Numbered from the stretch's first letter, positions 37,935 through 49,049 are shown. The stretch: DNA of 64,000 bases from Haloquadratum walsbyi J07HQW2 (GCF_000415985.1 NZ_KE356561.1:3105862-3169861); one strand, 5' to 3'. Notes: a model not told the origin generated them from the letters alone. Made by a program: numbers and translations.

Positions 37935-39608
37935 ATGATGGAATCACTCCAGACCGGACTCGACGATGTCACTCTCGTCAGTCGGTCAGCTCGCATTCCC
38001 TCATTTACTCCCGCAGTTCGGGATGTATTTGATATTGCAACCTCACCTCGAGTCGTCTGGAGTGCGCCGGAGGAGACGACAGTAATTGGAAGTGGTGCTG
38101 CAGCAACAATTGTCGCAGCAGGTTCTGACCGATTTGAGTATGTTCGGAATGCTGCTGAATCACTATTCAGTACTTGCGATGTTCACACAGAAACCGAAGC
38201 TGCCCGTCCTCGTCTGTTTGGTGGGTTTGCTTTTCATGCTGAGAGCGCTGGTGGGGAGCCATGGGAGCAGTTCCCCAACGCACAGTTTGTTTTCCCGCGG
38301 GTACAGATAACATGGGAAGACACGGATACTGCTGCTGACAGCACTGATGCATGGATAACAGTCAATGCAGTTGACCCCGAGGCTACACCCGATATTGTTG
38401 AAGACCGACTTAACCGGGAAGTTGAACGATTGAAAACACTGGAAATCAATACCGCTTCGGAATCCCCACCAGGCGTTGTTCGTCATCAACGACACACATC
38501 TCGGGATGCATGGAATCGTGGCGTCACCGAAGCCGTTAATCGAATCTCTGCCGATAATCTTCAAAAAGTCGTTCTTGCACAAGCACTTGAGGTTGAAGTT
38601 CAAGATTCACTAACACTTGGCAATATCATTACTCAACTTGGTGACCGATATCCCTCGTGTTATCGATTCATTATCGAACCGGTAACCACCACATCAACTG
38701 GGAAAGAGATTGATGCGGATATAAATACACTGGCAGCGACACAGTCTGGGTACACCGCTAATACATCTCAGCGCCCCGCTTTCTTTGGTGCAACACCAGA
38801 ACGACTCGTCTCTGTCCGTGGTCGCACCGTCAAGACCGGTGCGCTTGCCGGGACGACAGGTCGTGGAGAAACACCCGCTGAGGACGAATGGCTTGCCACA
38901 GAGCTGGCACGCGATAAAAAAAATGTTCACGAACATGAACTGGTTGCTGATACAATTCGTGATCAACTCTCTCCATATGCGACTGCTATCACGAGTGATT
39001 CTCGACGTGTACGCAAACTTGCGACCGTTCAACACCTTTGGACTCCGATCACTGCAGATCTCGAAGAGAATAAACATGCACTTTCACTTGTTGAAGCATT
39101 GCATCCAACCCCCGCAGTAGGGGGACTGCCACCGGCAACGGCTGCTGATACAATTCGTGAAACAGAGCCATTTGATCGAGGCTGGTATGCTGCTCCTGTT
39201 GGGTGGATTGACGCTGCCGGGTATGGTACGTTTGCAGTCGCACTTCGGTCAGCAGTCGCTCATGATGATGTAGCCACGCTCTTCGCTGGTGTTGGAATCG
39301 TCGCAGACTCAGATCCCGATAGTGAGTGGGATGAGGTTCAATTAAAATATCGACCCATTCTCGATGAACTTGAGGATAACACCACAGACAACACTGATAC
39401 GATGAACGACCAGATGGAATCCAATATGTCCGCTGAGACACAGCGTGATGTCGATGATGCAGTGCATGGATCAATTTCAACATCAACATCAACATCCACA
39501 TCCACAACAGAGACAGCAGAGACAGAAGTGGCTTCAAAATCAAACTCACAGTCAAACACAGCAATGGGACCAAGTTCAGAGACAGATGCCGAAGTGGATG
39601 AAACGTAG
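37935..39608 (+). CDS. menF: Isochorismate synthase
   Basis: RLFGGFAF, KVVLAQ, FFGATPERL, ALAGT, EHELV, VQHL, LHPTPAVGG, RGWYAAPVGW, FAGVGIVADSDP..EW.E; low-complexity acidic tail. Confidence 0.95.
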   Translation: MMESLQTGLDDVTLVSRSARIPSFTPAVRDVFDIATSPRVVWSAPEETTVIGSGAAATIVAAGSDRFEYVRNAAESLFSTCDVHTETEAARPRLFGGFAFHAESAGGEPWEQFPNAQFVFPRVQITWEDTDTAADSTDAWITVNAVDPEATPDIVEDRLNREVERLKTLEINTASESPPGVVRHQRHTSRDAWNRGVTEAVNRISADNLQKVVLAQALEVEVQDSLTLGNIITQLGDRYPSCYRFIIEPVTTTSTGKEIDADINTLAATQSGYTANTSQRPAFFGATPERLVSVRGRTVKTGALAGTTGRGETPAEDEWLATELARDKKNVHEHELVADTIRDQLSPYATAITSDSRRVRKLATVQHLWTPITADLEENKHALSLVEALHPTPAVGGLPPATAADTIRETEPFDRGWYAAPVGWIDAAGYGTFAVALRSAVAHDDVATLFAGVGIVADSDPDSEWDEVQLKYRPILDELEDNTTDNTDTMNDQMESNMSAETQRDVDDAVHGSISTSTSTSTSTTETAETEVASKSNSQSNTAMGPSSETDAEVDET

Positions 39609-41505
39609 TGATGAGTGCGCCAAATCGTAATACATTATGGGCACGCACATTTGTGTCAGAACTCGCCGCTGGCGGTGTTGATGCTGTCTGTATCTCGCCG
39701 GGCAGCCGGTCAACACCACTTACGATTGCTTTTGACCGCCATGATGATATTGAGACCTTTTCACATCTAGACGAACGTTCTGCTGCATATTTTGCACTTG
39801 GGCGTGCACGAAGAACCGGATCGGTTACACCTGTGGTCTGTACATCAGGCACAGCAGCGGCAAATTACCATCCTGCAGTTATCGAAGCGTCACAATCACG
39901 CGTTCCACTTTTGTTATTGACTGCTGATCGCCCCCCAGAGTTACATGATTCTGGTGCGAACCAAACTGTTGATCAGACAAAACTCTATGGCGACTCTGTC
40001 CGGTGGTTTCATGAGATCGGGGAGCCAGAGCCAACGGAAAGAAAACTTCGATCACTCCGGACAACAGCAGCACGTTCGATTATTACGGCGACAGATACAC
40101 CGGCTGGACCGGTTCATCTGAATTTCTCGTTTCGGAAACCACTCGAACCAACGCCAGTTCCGGGAGACATTCCTGAGGATTTTTCTGAAGAGTCGATCAC
40201 AGGTCGTGAGGATGCATTCGTTGAATCGACAGTAGGTAATCGAATGCTTGATCAAAATGGTATTCAGACAGTAGCAGATTCACTTTCAGCGCCTCGGGGA
40301 CTCGTCGTTATCGGTCCACTGACGACACCTGGAGTCGACCCCGAGGCGGTAGCAGCGTTTGCGCATGCAAGTGGGTTCCCCGTTCTTGCTGATCCACTTT
40401 CAGGTATTCGTTACGGTGGAGTGACTCGAACGACACCAGTTATTGGCGGATACGATAGTTTCCTCACCGATGAGCTATGGGACCAATGGCCGGATCCAGA
40501 TGTTGTCCTTCGGTTTGGCGCTTCACCAACATCGAAGCCGCTTAGACAGTATCTTGAGGCTACCACGCCGACGCAATATCTTGTTGACCCCGCTGGAGAA
40601 TGGCGCGAGGCGACATTCAGTGCGACAGATCTCATTATTGCTGATCCAACACAACTTCTGTGGCAATTATCAAGAGTTCTGAATAATCCCGGGTCGTCAA
40701 CGTGGCGACAGCGCTGGCTTGATGCTGATGATGCGCATGCAAATGTACTTGCAGAGACTAATTCATCCACAGATCAGTCTACACAACCACTGACACTGAC
40801 ACTGACACAGACACAGACACAGACACAGACACAGATTCAAATGACGGCGGTATAGCCGGAGGTGATGCTGATTTAGATAACACCGGAGATGACACATGGT
40901 TTTGTGAGGGTCGGATTCTTTCCGACGTGATGACGTTAGCACCGGATCCGGCGACAATTTTTGTCTCGAATTCAATGCCAGTTCGCGATCTTGACCGCTT
41001 TGGGGGTCCCACAACGCAGAACCGAACAGTCCTCGGAAACCGTGGGGCATCAGGCATCGATGGGATTCTTTCGACAGCACTCGGTGCTGGCTCGGCTATC
41101 ACCACCACTGAGCATCTTATTGCGATAACGGGTGATCTTGCGTATTATCACGACATGAATGGACTTGCAGCGCTTGAACGCTGTGATGTCACAGCAACCA
41201 TTGTGTTAATTAACAACGATGGAGGTGGCATCTTTCATAAACTCCCAATCGAATCGTATGATCCACCATTCACCAGCCAATTTGTAACACCTCATGGGCT
41301 TGATTTCGAACCGACTGAGGAGATATATGATCTCTCGTTCGCACGAGTTCGTGGGACAAATCGTGATGGATTTCACACAGCATTCACAGAGGCAACGACA
41401 ACCGCTGGGTCACACGTTATCGAAGTTGTGACAGATTCTGAGTCAAGTCACCGGGTTCGGGAACGATTACATGATCGTGTGGTTGATCGGATTCTTGATT
41501 CCTGA
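39608..41505 (+). pseudogene. menD: SEPHCHC synthase MenD, frameshifted or split at about 40762-40853
   Basis: The N-part (SPGSRSTPL, DERSAAYFALG, CTSGTAAANY, TADRP) stops at 40855. The C-part is in the -1 frame (open from 40762: TDTD...WFCEGRIL, SNSMPVRD, NRGASGIDG, GDLAYYHD, NNDGGGIF) and ends at 41505. Confidence 0.85.
40789..40832. repeat. ACTGAC/ACAGAC hexamer tract inside menD
   Basis: About 7 tandem hexamers read directly from the sequence. Confidence 0.9.
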
Positions 41506-41550
41506 TTCCTGAGCACCGACGCTGCACGGTGAGGCTCATGATTTCAAATA

Positions 41551-41585
41551 GTATAGTATAGTATAGTATAGTATAGTATAGTATA
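41551..41585. repeat. (GTATA)x7 pentamer repeat between menD and menB
   Basis: Seven perfect copies read directly from the sequence. Confidence 0.95.
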
Positions 41586-41663
41586 TCATTCGACCAACCA
41601 ACTGAGCGTGGAGTATGAGTGAGGAGCCGAATCCTTTTCGCGCATCCGCGCTGGCATGTTATT

Positions 41664-42587
41664 ATGGTTTTTGTCTCAGAGCTTTTTGATGCCGAACAGT
41701 GGGATAGCATCGACGGAACCGAGACGTTTGATGACATTACATATCATCGTGGGCACAATGCTCCAGTTGTCCGAATCGCGTTTGATCGCCCAGAACAGCG
41801 AAATGCATTCCGACCAGGGACTGTCGATGAGTTGTACGCTGCTCTTGATCACGCACGCAAACAGGCAGATATCGGATGCGTTCTTCTCACCGGTAATGGA
41901 CCATCAGAAGATGATGGCGGATGGGCATTCTCTGCTGGTGGTGATCAGTCTGTCCGCGGTGAGTCTGGGTATGAGTATCGTGATGATGATGAAGCATCAG
42001 ATGATGAGGATACGCTGGTTCGTGAAGCAAAGGCAGGACGACTTCATATCTTAGAGGTTCAGCGATTGATCAGATTCATGCCGAAACCGGTGATTGCTGT
42101 TGTTCCAGGGTGGGCTGTTGGTGGTGGTCACTCACTACATGTTATTTGTGATCTTACTCTCGCATCAAAAGAAAACGCCAAATTCCTTCAGACAGACCCA
42201 GATGTTGCCTCATTCGATGGCGGATTTGGATCGGCATATCTCGCTAAGCAGGTTGGGCAAAAAAAGGCGCGAGAGATATTCTTCCGTGGAAAGACGTATT
42301 CCGCTGATGAGGCGGTTGATATGGGGATGGCAAATGAGGCAATTCCGCACGCAGAATTGGAGGACGTGGCGATTGAGTGGGCAGCTGAAATGTCGAATAA
42401 GTCACCCACAGCAATTCGGATGTTGAAGTACGCATTTAATCTTGCTGATGATGGGCTTGTCGGTCAGCAGGTGTTCTCGGGTGAAGCAACCCGACTTGCT
42501 TATATGACTGATGAGGCACGCGAGGGTCGTAATGCGTTCTTAGAAGGACGTGACCCCGATTTCTCCTCATATCCATGGCATTACTAA
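41664..42587 (+). CDS. menB: 1,4-dihydroxy-2-naphthoyl-CoA synthase
   Basis: RPEQRNAFRP, FSAGGDQ, GWAVGGGH, VASFDGGFG, KKAREIFF, EGRNAFLEGR; start set at MVFVSE (41664). Confidence 0.97.
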   Translation: MVFVSELFDAEQWDSIDGTETFDDITYHRGHNAPVVRIAFDRPEQRNAFRPGTVDELYAALDHARKQADIGCVLLTGNGPSEDDGGWAFSAGGDQSVRGESGYEYRDDDEASDDEDTLVREAKAGRLHILEVQRLIRFMPKPVIAVVPGWAVGGGHSLHVICDLTLASKENAKFLQTDPDVASFDGGFGSAYLAKQVGQKKAREIFFRGKTYSADEAVDMGMANEAIPHAELEDVAIEWAAEMSNKSPTAIRMLKYAFNLADDGLVGQQVFSGEATRLAYMTDEAREGRNAFLEGRDPDFSSYPWHY

Positions 42588-42727
42588 CCAGGTATGCACT
42601 CACCATACCTCCATCACCAGCATGATCGGATATCATAGCAATATCTCACAAGTACATAATTCCACACGAGCAGAGATCTGAGACATGAACCGAAGTTTCA
42701 GGCACTCCCAGTGAATGAATATAGCCA

Positions 42728-43687
42728 ATGAGCGCACAGACACAGTCCATTAGCCGTCAGGAGGCATGGGTGATGGCGGCACGCCCACAGACGCTTCCAG
42801 CCGCAGCAGCGCCTGTTTTCGTTGGCACTGGGGTTGCGATTCATGATGGCGTTTTTGCGCCACTGCCAGCGCTTGCTGCATTGATTGGTGCTGCCCTCAT
42901 TCAGATTGGAACGAATTTCGCGAATGACTACTATGATGCGATTAAGGGTGCAGATACCGCTGATCGTGAAGGATTCACCCGTGTCACCGCAGATGGTCTC
43001 ATTGACCCCGCTAAAGTCAAACGAGCGATGTATCTCACCTTTGCAATTGCAGTTCTTGTTGGTACAACTCTTGTGTGGATTGGTGGAATTCCAATTTTGA
43101 TTGTCGGAATTCTCTCTGTTGCTTCAGGAATTGCATACACCGGTGGACCGTATCCACTTGGATATCATGGTCTCGGTGATGTGTTTGTGTTCGTCTTTTT
43201 TGGTTTAATCGCCGTAACTGGGACGTATTATGTTCAAGCAGCAACATTCACCGCTGGTGTCTTCCCGCTTGGAATCCCCGCTGGGACAGTTTCACTGACA
43301 GCCATCGTTGCATCAGTGCCAATTGCCGCACTATCGACAAATATTCTCGTTGTAAATAATGTTCGCGACCGTGATGAAGACGTAACGACCGGAAAGCAAA
43401 CGCTCGCGGTTCGATACGGCTATACTTTCGCACGTGCCGAGTTTGTCACATTGTTGGTGATTGCATACGCTGTCCCAATCTGGTTTCTTTTTCAGCCAGC
43501 GTACACGCTTACTGCAGGGCTACCGCTCGTGACGTTGCCAGTCGCTCTCTCGACTGCTCGCAGTATATGCACCGAAACTGCCGGTAATGTACTCAATCCA
43601 ACCCTTGAGCGAGTCGGGAAACTACTGGCTGGATATGCACTCTTATTCAGTATTGGACTTGCTATCGATACGCTTCCAGTGATATAA
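42728..43687 (+). CDS. menA: 1,4-dihydroxy-2-naphthoate prenyltransferase
   Basis: ARPQTL, NFANDYYD...GAD, YTGGP.PLGY.GLGD, NNVRD..ED...GKQTLAVR. Confidence 0.95.
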   Translation: MSAQTQSISRQEAWVMAARPQTLPAAAAPVFVGTGVAIHDGVFAPLPALAALIGAALIQIGTNFANDYYDAIKGADTADREGFTRVTADGLIDPAKVKRAMYLTFAIAVLVGTTLVWIGGIPILIVGILSVASGIAYTGGPYPLGYHGLGDVFVFVFFGLIAVTGTYYVQAATFTAGVFPLGIPAGTVSLTAIVASVPIAALSTNILVVNNVRDRDEDVTTGKQTLAVRYGYTFARAEFVTLLVIAYAVPIWFLFQPAYTLTAGLPLVTLPVALSTARSICTETAGNVLNPTLERVGKLLAGYALLFSIGLAIDTLPVI

Positions 43688-44778
43688 TGGACGAATTAAC
43701 ATCTCTTGAGCCAGCCTATATGAAGGCTGACCCATTCACACTTGGACTATCACGCTCGCTTTCCACAGCTAACGGTGAAATTGAACAACGCCGTGGGCAT
43801 GTTATCTGTATAAAGATTAATGAAGTCGTCGGCGTCGGTGAGGCAACACCGCTTCCAGACTGGACAGAGACTCACAGCAGTTGTCAGGATGCGCTTCGCT
43901 CGGTCTCAATGGAAACGGACACCAACACGGACACAGACATCGAATCAATATCGGGAATATCGCCAGAGACGACGTCAGCTGCACACCATGGAGTTGAGCT
44001 GGCGTGCGTTGATGCTATGGCTCGTGATACTAACAATTCAGTTGCAGAGTTTCTCTCGACAGATACACCAGCCACGTCAGTGCCAGTTAATGCAACGATT
44101 GGTGACTGTAATCTTGAGCAAACACGCCAGAGGGCACAATCAGCTGTTGCGGATGGATATACGACAATCAAATTAAAAGTCGGCGCTCAAGATATTGAAT
44201 CCGATTGTGACCGCGTTATCGCTGCTCGGTCAGCGGTCGGAGATGACGTGACACTTCGCGTCGATGCCAACGGTGCTTGGGACAGAGCTACTGCTGAGCG
44301 GTTTCTTGAAACAGCTCGGACGGTGGATCTTGAGTACATTGAGCAGCCACTTCCGGCATCAGATCTTGATGGACATGCTCTGCTTCGTGGTCATGGTGTT
44401 GATATCGCAGTTGATGAGTCAATGAGCGTGACTACCCCAGAACAGATCTTCACCGCCGGTGCAGCTGATATTATTGTTTGCAAACCAATGGCACTCGGTG
44501 GTCCACGACAGACAGTTGCGGTCGCCCGTGAGGCAGAGGCAGTCGATATCGATACTGTCGTCACAACAACTATTGATGGTGTCATTGCGCGTACTGGGGC
44601 ACTTCACGTTGCCGCCGCACTTCCCGGCTCAAATATACGCGCATGTGGACTTGCTACAGCTTCAATGCTTGAGGATGATCTTACAATGGACCCAATCTCT
44701 ATTATTGATGGTGAAATGCCCGTTCCAACGGGACCCGGATTAGCCGGTGAATCTCTCGAATCGTGTTGTAATTTCTGA
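43687..44778 (+). CDS. menC: o-Succinylbenzoate synthase (enolase superfamily)
   Basis: GEATPLP, TIKLKVG, RVDANG.W, YIEQP, AVDES, KPMALGG; position in the men cluster. Confidence 0.88.
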   Translation: MDELTSLEPAYMKADPFTLGLSRSLSTANGEIEQRRGHVICIKINEVVGVGEATPLPDWTETHSSCQDALRSVSMETDTNTDTDIESISGISPETTSAAHHGVELACVDAMARDTNNSVAEFLSTDTPATSVPVNATIGDCNLEQTRQRAQSAVADGYTTIKLKVGAQDIESDCDRVIAARSAVGDDVTLRVDANGAWDRATAERFLETARTVDLEYIEQPLPASDLDGHALLRGHGVDIAVDESMSVTTPEQIFTAGAADIIVCKPMALGGPRQTVAVAREAEAVDIDTVVTTTIDGVIARTGALHVAAALPGSNIRACGLATASMLEDDLTMDPISIIDGEMPVPTGPGLAGESLESCCNF

Positions 44779-44877
44779 GATGACTTATTGTAACTGTGAT
44801 CATCAGTTGACTAATATTTCAATCACAGAACAGAAGATAGAGGCGATATAGTCATCACCTGACGTTCAACATGTTCG

Positions 44878-46399
44878 AGGTGAAGTCCCCTTCCTCAAGA
44901 AGCAACGCAGCGGAGGAACCCGACAAGCACAACAGGACCATAGAAAACAATCCATTTGAGCATACACCAGTATTTCTACGAAAGCACGATAGCATTGAAT
45001 GACGAGCACTACCGTCGAACTGCTATCACGCGGCTTGAGGGGCTTTCCACGAAAGACCACGTGCTACCCCAAGCTACCGTGGACAAGTAGCTTGATGGGT
45101 GTCATATTTCAGCCAATCATGCGTGAGAGAATGTGCATACGCAGTCTGGTGTCAGAGGCAGAACCAAGCCAAAGACGACGTAGAGGCAGACACAAAACTG
45201 GGGAGTCAACACTCGATTTTCGATTCTTGATTCTCGCCTGCCACGAAGTCGCCAGCAACATCCAATCCTGCATTGAGCAACGGACAAATGAAAAATCGAC
45301 ACAACCACAGTTCACGTCCAACTCCATCACGTATGATAAGCGAACACTCACCGTGTTCCCACAAACAGAGCAACTCTCACTCACAGTACTGTGAGATCAC
45401 TCACGTATGAGGGCGAACCTCGCACTGCCAAACGCAAACGAGGATGATGGATACCAATACCAGTACTTGGACAGTGAGAGTGGAATGCGAATACACGGAA
45501 AGCACGCTACATCACCGAGATAGAGACGGAGAATGGTGCTTGCACATCGGGTATCGAAACGAAAAGCCTGAGCAAGATTCACCGACGCAGAACCGAACGG
45601 AATAGAACGGTTCTGGGTGTCGATCTCGATCCTTGGTGTGAATCAGATTGGATTGCCGTCACAAGCATAGCTCGCTTTGTCAGTGCAGGCAAGCTCAGCT
45701 CAACCACGCCCGCAGAGAGTTCAAAAAGACTCGTGGCGACCTCCAAGAGTGTGGCACGCAATCAGCTCATCGAACGCTTCAGAAACTGGGTGGTCGGGAA
45801 GATGAGTATCTGAAGTACGTGCCATACTGCATACTGTTGCGAACGGGATTGTCGCAGAAGCCGTGACACACGAGTGCGACGGAATAATATTCGAGGAACC
45901 TGCTGGGATTGTGATTCGAGACCGACTCCCATACTGACTGGCAGTCGAAATGGGCATTCCGCAAGCTCAAACAGTGTGTCGAATACAAAGCTGAACTACA
46001 TGGACATGGGGTGTTCGTGGAGACGGTGAATTCTAAGAACACTTCGAAATGGTATACCGACTGTGGAAGTGTTCGAGATGAGAATCGTCATCATGATGAG
46101 TGTGAGTGCCAGCGACAACGATACGGGAAACAGAATCACGCCGATTATCACGCAGCGAAGAACATTGCATTGCGGAACTGTCTCTCCTTCGAGGTCATCA
46201 GCCACCTCGTGGGAGGAGCATCAGTCAATATGCTCTGAAGTCAGGGTCGAGGTCGAAGACGCCGAGTTAACTTAAAGTGTACAGCCCTAACCGACAATAG
46301 CCGTCACGGGTTAGAGGCAGGGGGAGAGACCACTGACAAGCCCCACCCCAGCCTCACCGAGCGAGGGTTCACCGAGCGAAGTAGGGTGGGGTAGTTGAC
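44878..46399 (+). mobile_element. tnpB: Decayed IS1341-type element with tnpB pseudogene
   Basis: Fragments across frames: ITYDKRT, VLGVDL, LNHARREFKKTRGDLQECGT.SAHRTL, WAFRKLKQCVEYKAE, NSKNTSK, HADYHAAKNIA. Right end AAGCCCCACCC...GTAGGGTGGGGTAGTTGAC. Confidence 0.85.
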
Positions 46400-46469
46400 T
46401 TCAGTGATATCAGTTCATGTGAGTGGTTTTTAGATATTGTTATTATATTCGCTGGTAATAGAGAGAATA

Positions 46470-46583
46470 ATGGCTGATCCGACCCCGGCACAACGGCGTC
46501 TTCTCGTTGGATTATTTATGTTTGCGATATTCATCTTCATCGGCGGATTACTCGTGATTGCATATCTTGCTGGGAGCCTCTGA
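46470..46583 (+). CDS. Small (37 aa) membrane protein
   Basis: MADPTPAQRRLLVGLFMFAIFIFIGGLLVIAYLAGSL; below the track length cut-off; clean TM profile. Confidence 0.6.
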   Translation: MADPTPAQRRLLVGLFMFAIFIFIGGLLVIAYLAGSL

Positions 46584-46614
46584 GTTAGTTTCAATATTAT
46601 CGCTTAATCTTCGA

Positions 46615-47250
46615 TTAGTCAGGTCGGTGAGTTCCTCCATCGCGGCTATCGGCACCCGTGCGTCGTAACGCTGCAGCTGCACTTGAGGCATCATATTTAA
46701 ACTATACGTGTGTGCTGTATGCTTTTGCTACTTTTGGAGCGTGTATAAGATCATAAACATCGACATCAACTGCACACAATTCAATAGAAACGCCCCTATC
46801 AGATTCAATCGCATCGATCCGACTCTGGAAGCATTTTATCATTGTTTCTAGCCAATATGTCATCTCATAGTGCATATCATACAATGGAATAACATATTCA
46901 GCGATTCGCTCGCCATTGATCCCACTGCGGTCGAAGAGATGTCCTGGGTATGGGTCAGGATAGAGTGTAAAATGCGTTCGCCTTGGAATTAATTCCGTTG
47001 CTATTTCTACAAATTCCGTAATAATGTCATCACGCCACGATTGTCATATATCTGCGGTGCTCTCATTGAATAACTCTTGACATCGGTCGCGTCTGTAGCA
47101 TCCCTCTCGTGGAAATCCAACATCATCAACTCGAACGGCATCATTCACTGTAGCGCTATGTTCAATCATCTCGAATAATTAATGCGCTCTCTGTACGAGC
47201 GAATTTTTGAGATACTCTGTCCGTCGACACAGTCAAGAAAAATAGTATAT
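46615..47250 (-). pseudogene. Pseudogene of a conserved haloarchaeal hypothetical protein
   Basis: Fragments VRVDDVGFPRE, IITEFVE...FTLYPDPYPGHLF, VIPLYD..Y..TYWLET, SIELCAVDVDV, YDA..A.AALRR, interrupted by stops and frameshifts. Confidence 0.65.
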
Positions 47251-47288
47251 CCGTCAGAGATTGCTCAGAACCGCGGTGTGAAATATAA

Positions 47289-47396
47289 TTAAGTTGAATC
47301 TTGTTCAGTGTCACCACTGTTTGAACGGCTGGCAATAAGCGTGTATGTTAATGCAACAACAGCAACAACGGCTATGATTTTTGCTCGTTTTGACAT
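47289..47396 (-). CDS. Small (35 aa) membrane-anchored peptide
   Basis: MSKRAKIIAVVAVVALTYTLIASRSNSGDTEQDST: basic N-terminus, TM segment, acidic tail. Confidence 0.5.
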   Translation of the reverse strand: MSKRAKIIAVVAVVALTYTLIASRSNSGDTEQDST

Positions 47397-47491
47397 ATTA
47401 ATAGTATTGCTCTGATAACTCTTAATCATTTATGAATGGCGTAATCTAAATTGCATACATCAGGACAGATGGATTGTGTTAGAATTGTCGG

Positions 47492-48028
47492 CTATGCAAC
47501 ATCAAGATAAGTTGGCACTTCATCTTCGTGGACAATTGATCCACAGTAATTACACTGAAGCCCTTCATCGAGGACCATGAAACGAGTATTAACCGGCTCA
47601 TTAGCGTTTGTAATGCAGTTTCGGTTGGGACATGACAGAACACCGGTGACCGCTGTCGGACGCTCAATTCGCTTTTTATCTATCACTGTGTAGTCTCGAA
47701 TGATATTGATCGTTGCTTCAGGAGCAATCACCGCGAGGACATCAACTTCAGATTGACTTAGCTCACGATCCTCAACTTTGACAATATCTTTTGTTCCCAG
47801 CCGGTCAGAGACGACATTCATCCCAATGGAGACCCCCTCACCGTTTGACCCATCGATTCCAAGAATAGCAAGCACATCCAATGCTTCTCCAGCGGTGAGA
47901 TGATCGATTACAGTCCCATCGCGGATTTTCGAGACACGCAATTGTTGATCATCGATCTTTCTCGCTGTCGATACAATATCTTCAGCCTCACCCTGGTTTT
48001 GATCTTCCTCGTAATCGTGATCGTTCAT
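47492..48028 (-). CDS. pyrI: Aspartate carbamoyltransferase regulatory chain
   Basis: [38 protein letters not shown]...C.YCG. Confidence 0.97.
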   Translation of the reverse strand: MNDHDYEEDQNQGEAEDIVSTARKIDDQQLRVSKIRDGTVIDHLTAGEALDVLAILGIDGSNGEGVSIGMNVVSDRLGTKDIVKVEDRELSQSEVDVLAVIAPEATINIIRDYTVIDKKRIERPTAVTGVLSCPNRNCITNANEPVNTRFMVLDEGLQCNYCGSIVHEDEVPTYLDVA

Positions 48029-48942
48029 TTTGCTCCCTGTATCAACGCGTCAAGCAGTGCCATTCGAACAGGAACCCCATTATGTGCTTGCTCAAAATAC
48101 GCCGCATGTTCGGTATCATCAACTTCTGGTGCAATTTCATCGACCCGAGGAAGCGGATGCATCACGGTCAGATTATCATCTGCATGTGATAAAACATCAG
48201 TATCGACACGATACTGCCCAGCAACTCGTTGATACTCGTTCTCATCAGGGAAACGCTCACGTTGAATCCGTGTTACATACAAAATATCGAGTTCAGGAAG
48301 TACTGGTTTGATATCTGTATGTTCGCGCACTTCTGCACCAGATTCATGCAGATCATATCGAATATTTCGAGGGAGTTGAAGACTTTCAGGGCTGATGAAG
48401 TGTTGTCGAACGTCGAAGTTAGTCAATGCTGCTGCGAGTGAATGAACTGTTCGACCATATTTTAAATCGCCAGCGATCCCGATGGTAGTCTCATCAAGTC
48501 CACCATTCTCTCGCATTGTATACAAATCCAGCAGTGTCTGTGTTGGGTGTTGTCCAGCACCGTCACCGGCGTTAATTATGGGCACGTCAACAAATTCAGC
48601 AGCTAACTTTGCTGCGCCTTCAGATGGATGTCTAAGCACGATGACGTCGGCGTATCCGGCAATAACGCGGACTGTATCAGCGAGTGTTTCGCCTTTTGAT
48701 ATTGATGAGTTGTCGACACTGCCCATATCAATTGTGCGTCCACCAAGTCGCTTCATCGCAGCATCGAAACTCATCCGAGTTCGAGTGCTTGGTTCAAAAA
48801 AGCATAATCCAAGCACCATTCCACTGTATTGGGCCTCCCACCCATCCAGGTTTGTCTCAATCGCTGCTGCTCGGTCGAGAATTGTTTCAATATCCTCTCG
48901 CGATAGCTGTGTTGCGGAGAGTAAGTGGTCCTGATGCATCAT
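48025..48942 (-). CDS. pyrB: Aspartate carbamoyltransferase catalytic chain
   Basis: [58 protein letters not shown]. Confidence 0.98.
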   Translation of the reverse strand: MMHQDHLLSATQLSREDIETILDRAAAIETNLDGWEAQYSGMVLGLCFFEPSTRTRMSFDAAMKRLGGRTIDMGSVDNSSISKGETLADTVRVIAGYADVIVLRHPSEGAAKLAAEFVDVPIINAGDGAGQHPTQTLLDLYTMRENGGLDETTIGIAGDLKYGRTVHSLAAALTNFDVRQHFISPESLQLPRNIRYDLHESGAEVREHTDIKPVLPELDILYVTRIQRERFPDENEYQRVAGQYRVDTDVLSHADDNLTVMHPLPRVDEIAPEVDDTEHAAYFEQAHNGVPVRMALLDALIQGAK

Positions 48943-49049
48943 CTATGCCAGCGTGTGGAACTAACTTCAATGACTCGGGATGGATTATCTTCTTCATCTT
49001 ACCCTGCCAGATACTGTCGTGATTACTGAAATCAAGGAGAAAGCTCAAC

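Noticed and set aside
39049-39852. 267-aa minus-strand ORF
   Set aside because: Antisense shadow of menF/menD with atypical composition.
38371-40350. TTGACCCCGAGGC (38371-38383) and GACCCCGAGGCGGT (40337-40350) matching the hairpin-element right arm
   Set aside because: Both lie in-frame inside menF and menD, encode (V)DPEA and have no left arm; best explained by codon coincidence.
40762-40853. Programmed -1 ribosomal frameshift in menD
   Set aside because: No X XXY YYZ slippery heptamer is present in the overlap of the two open frames.
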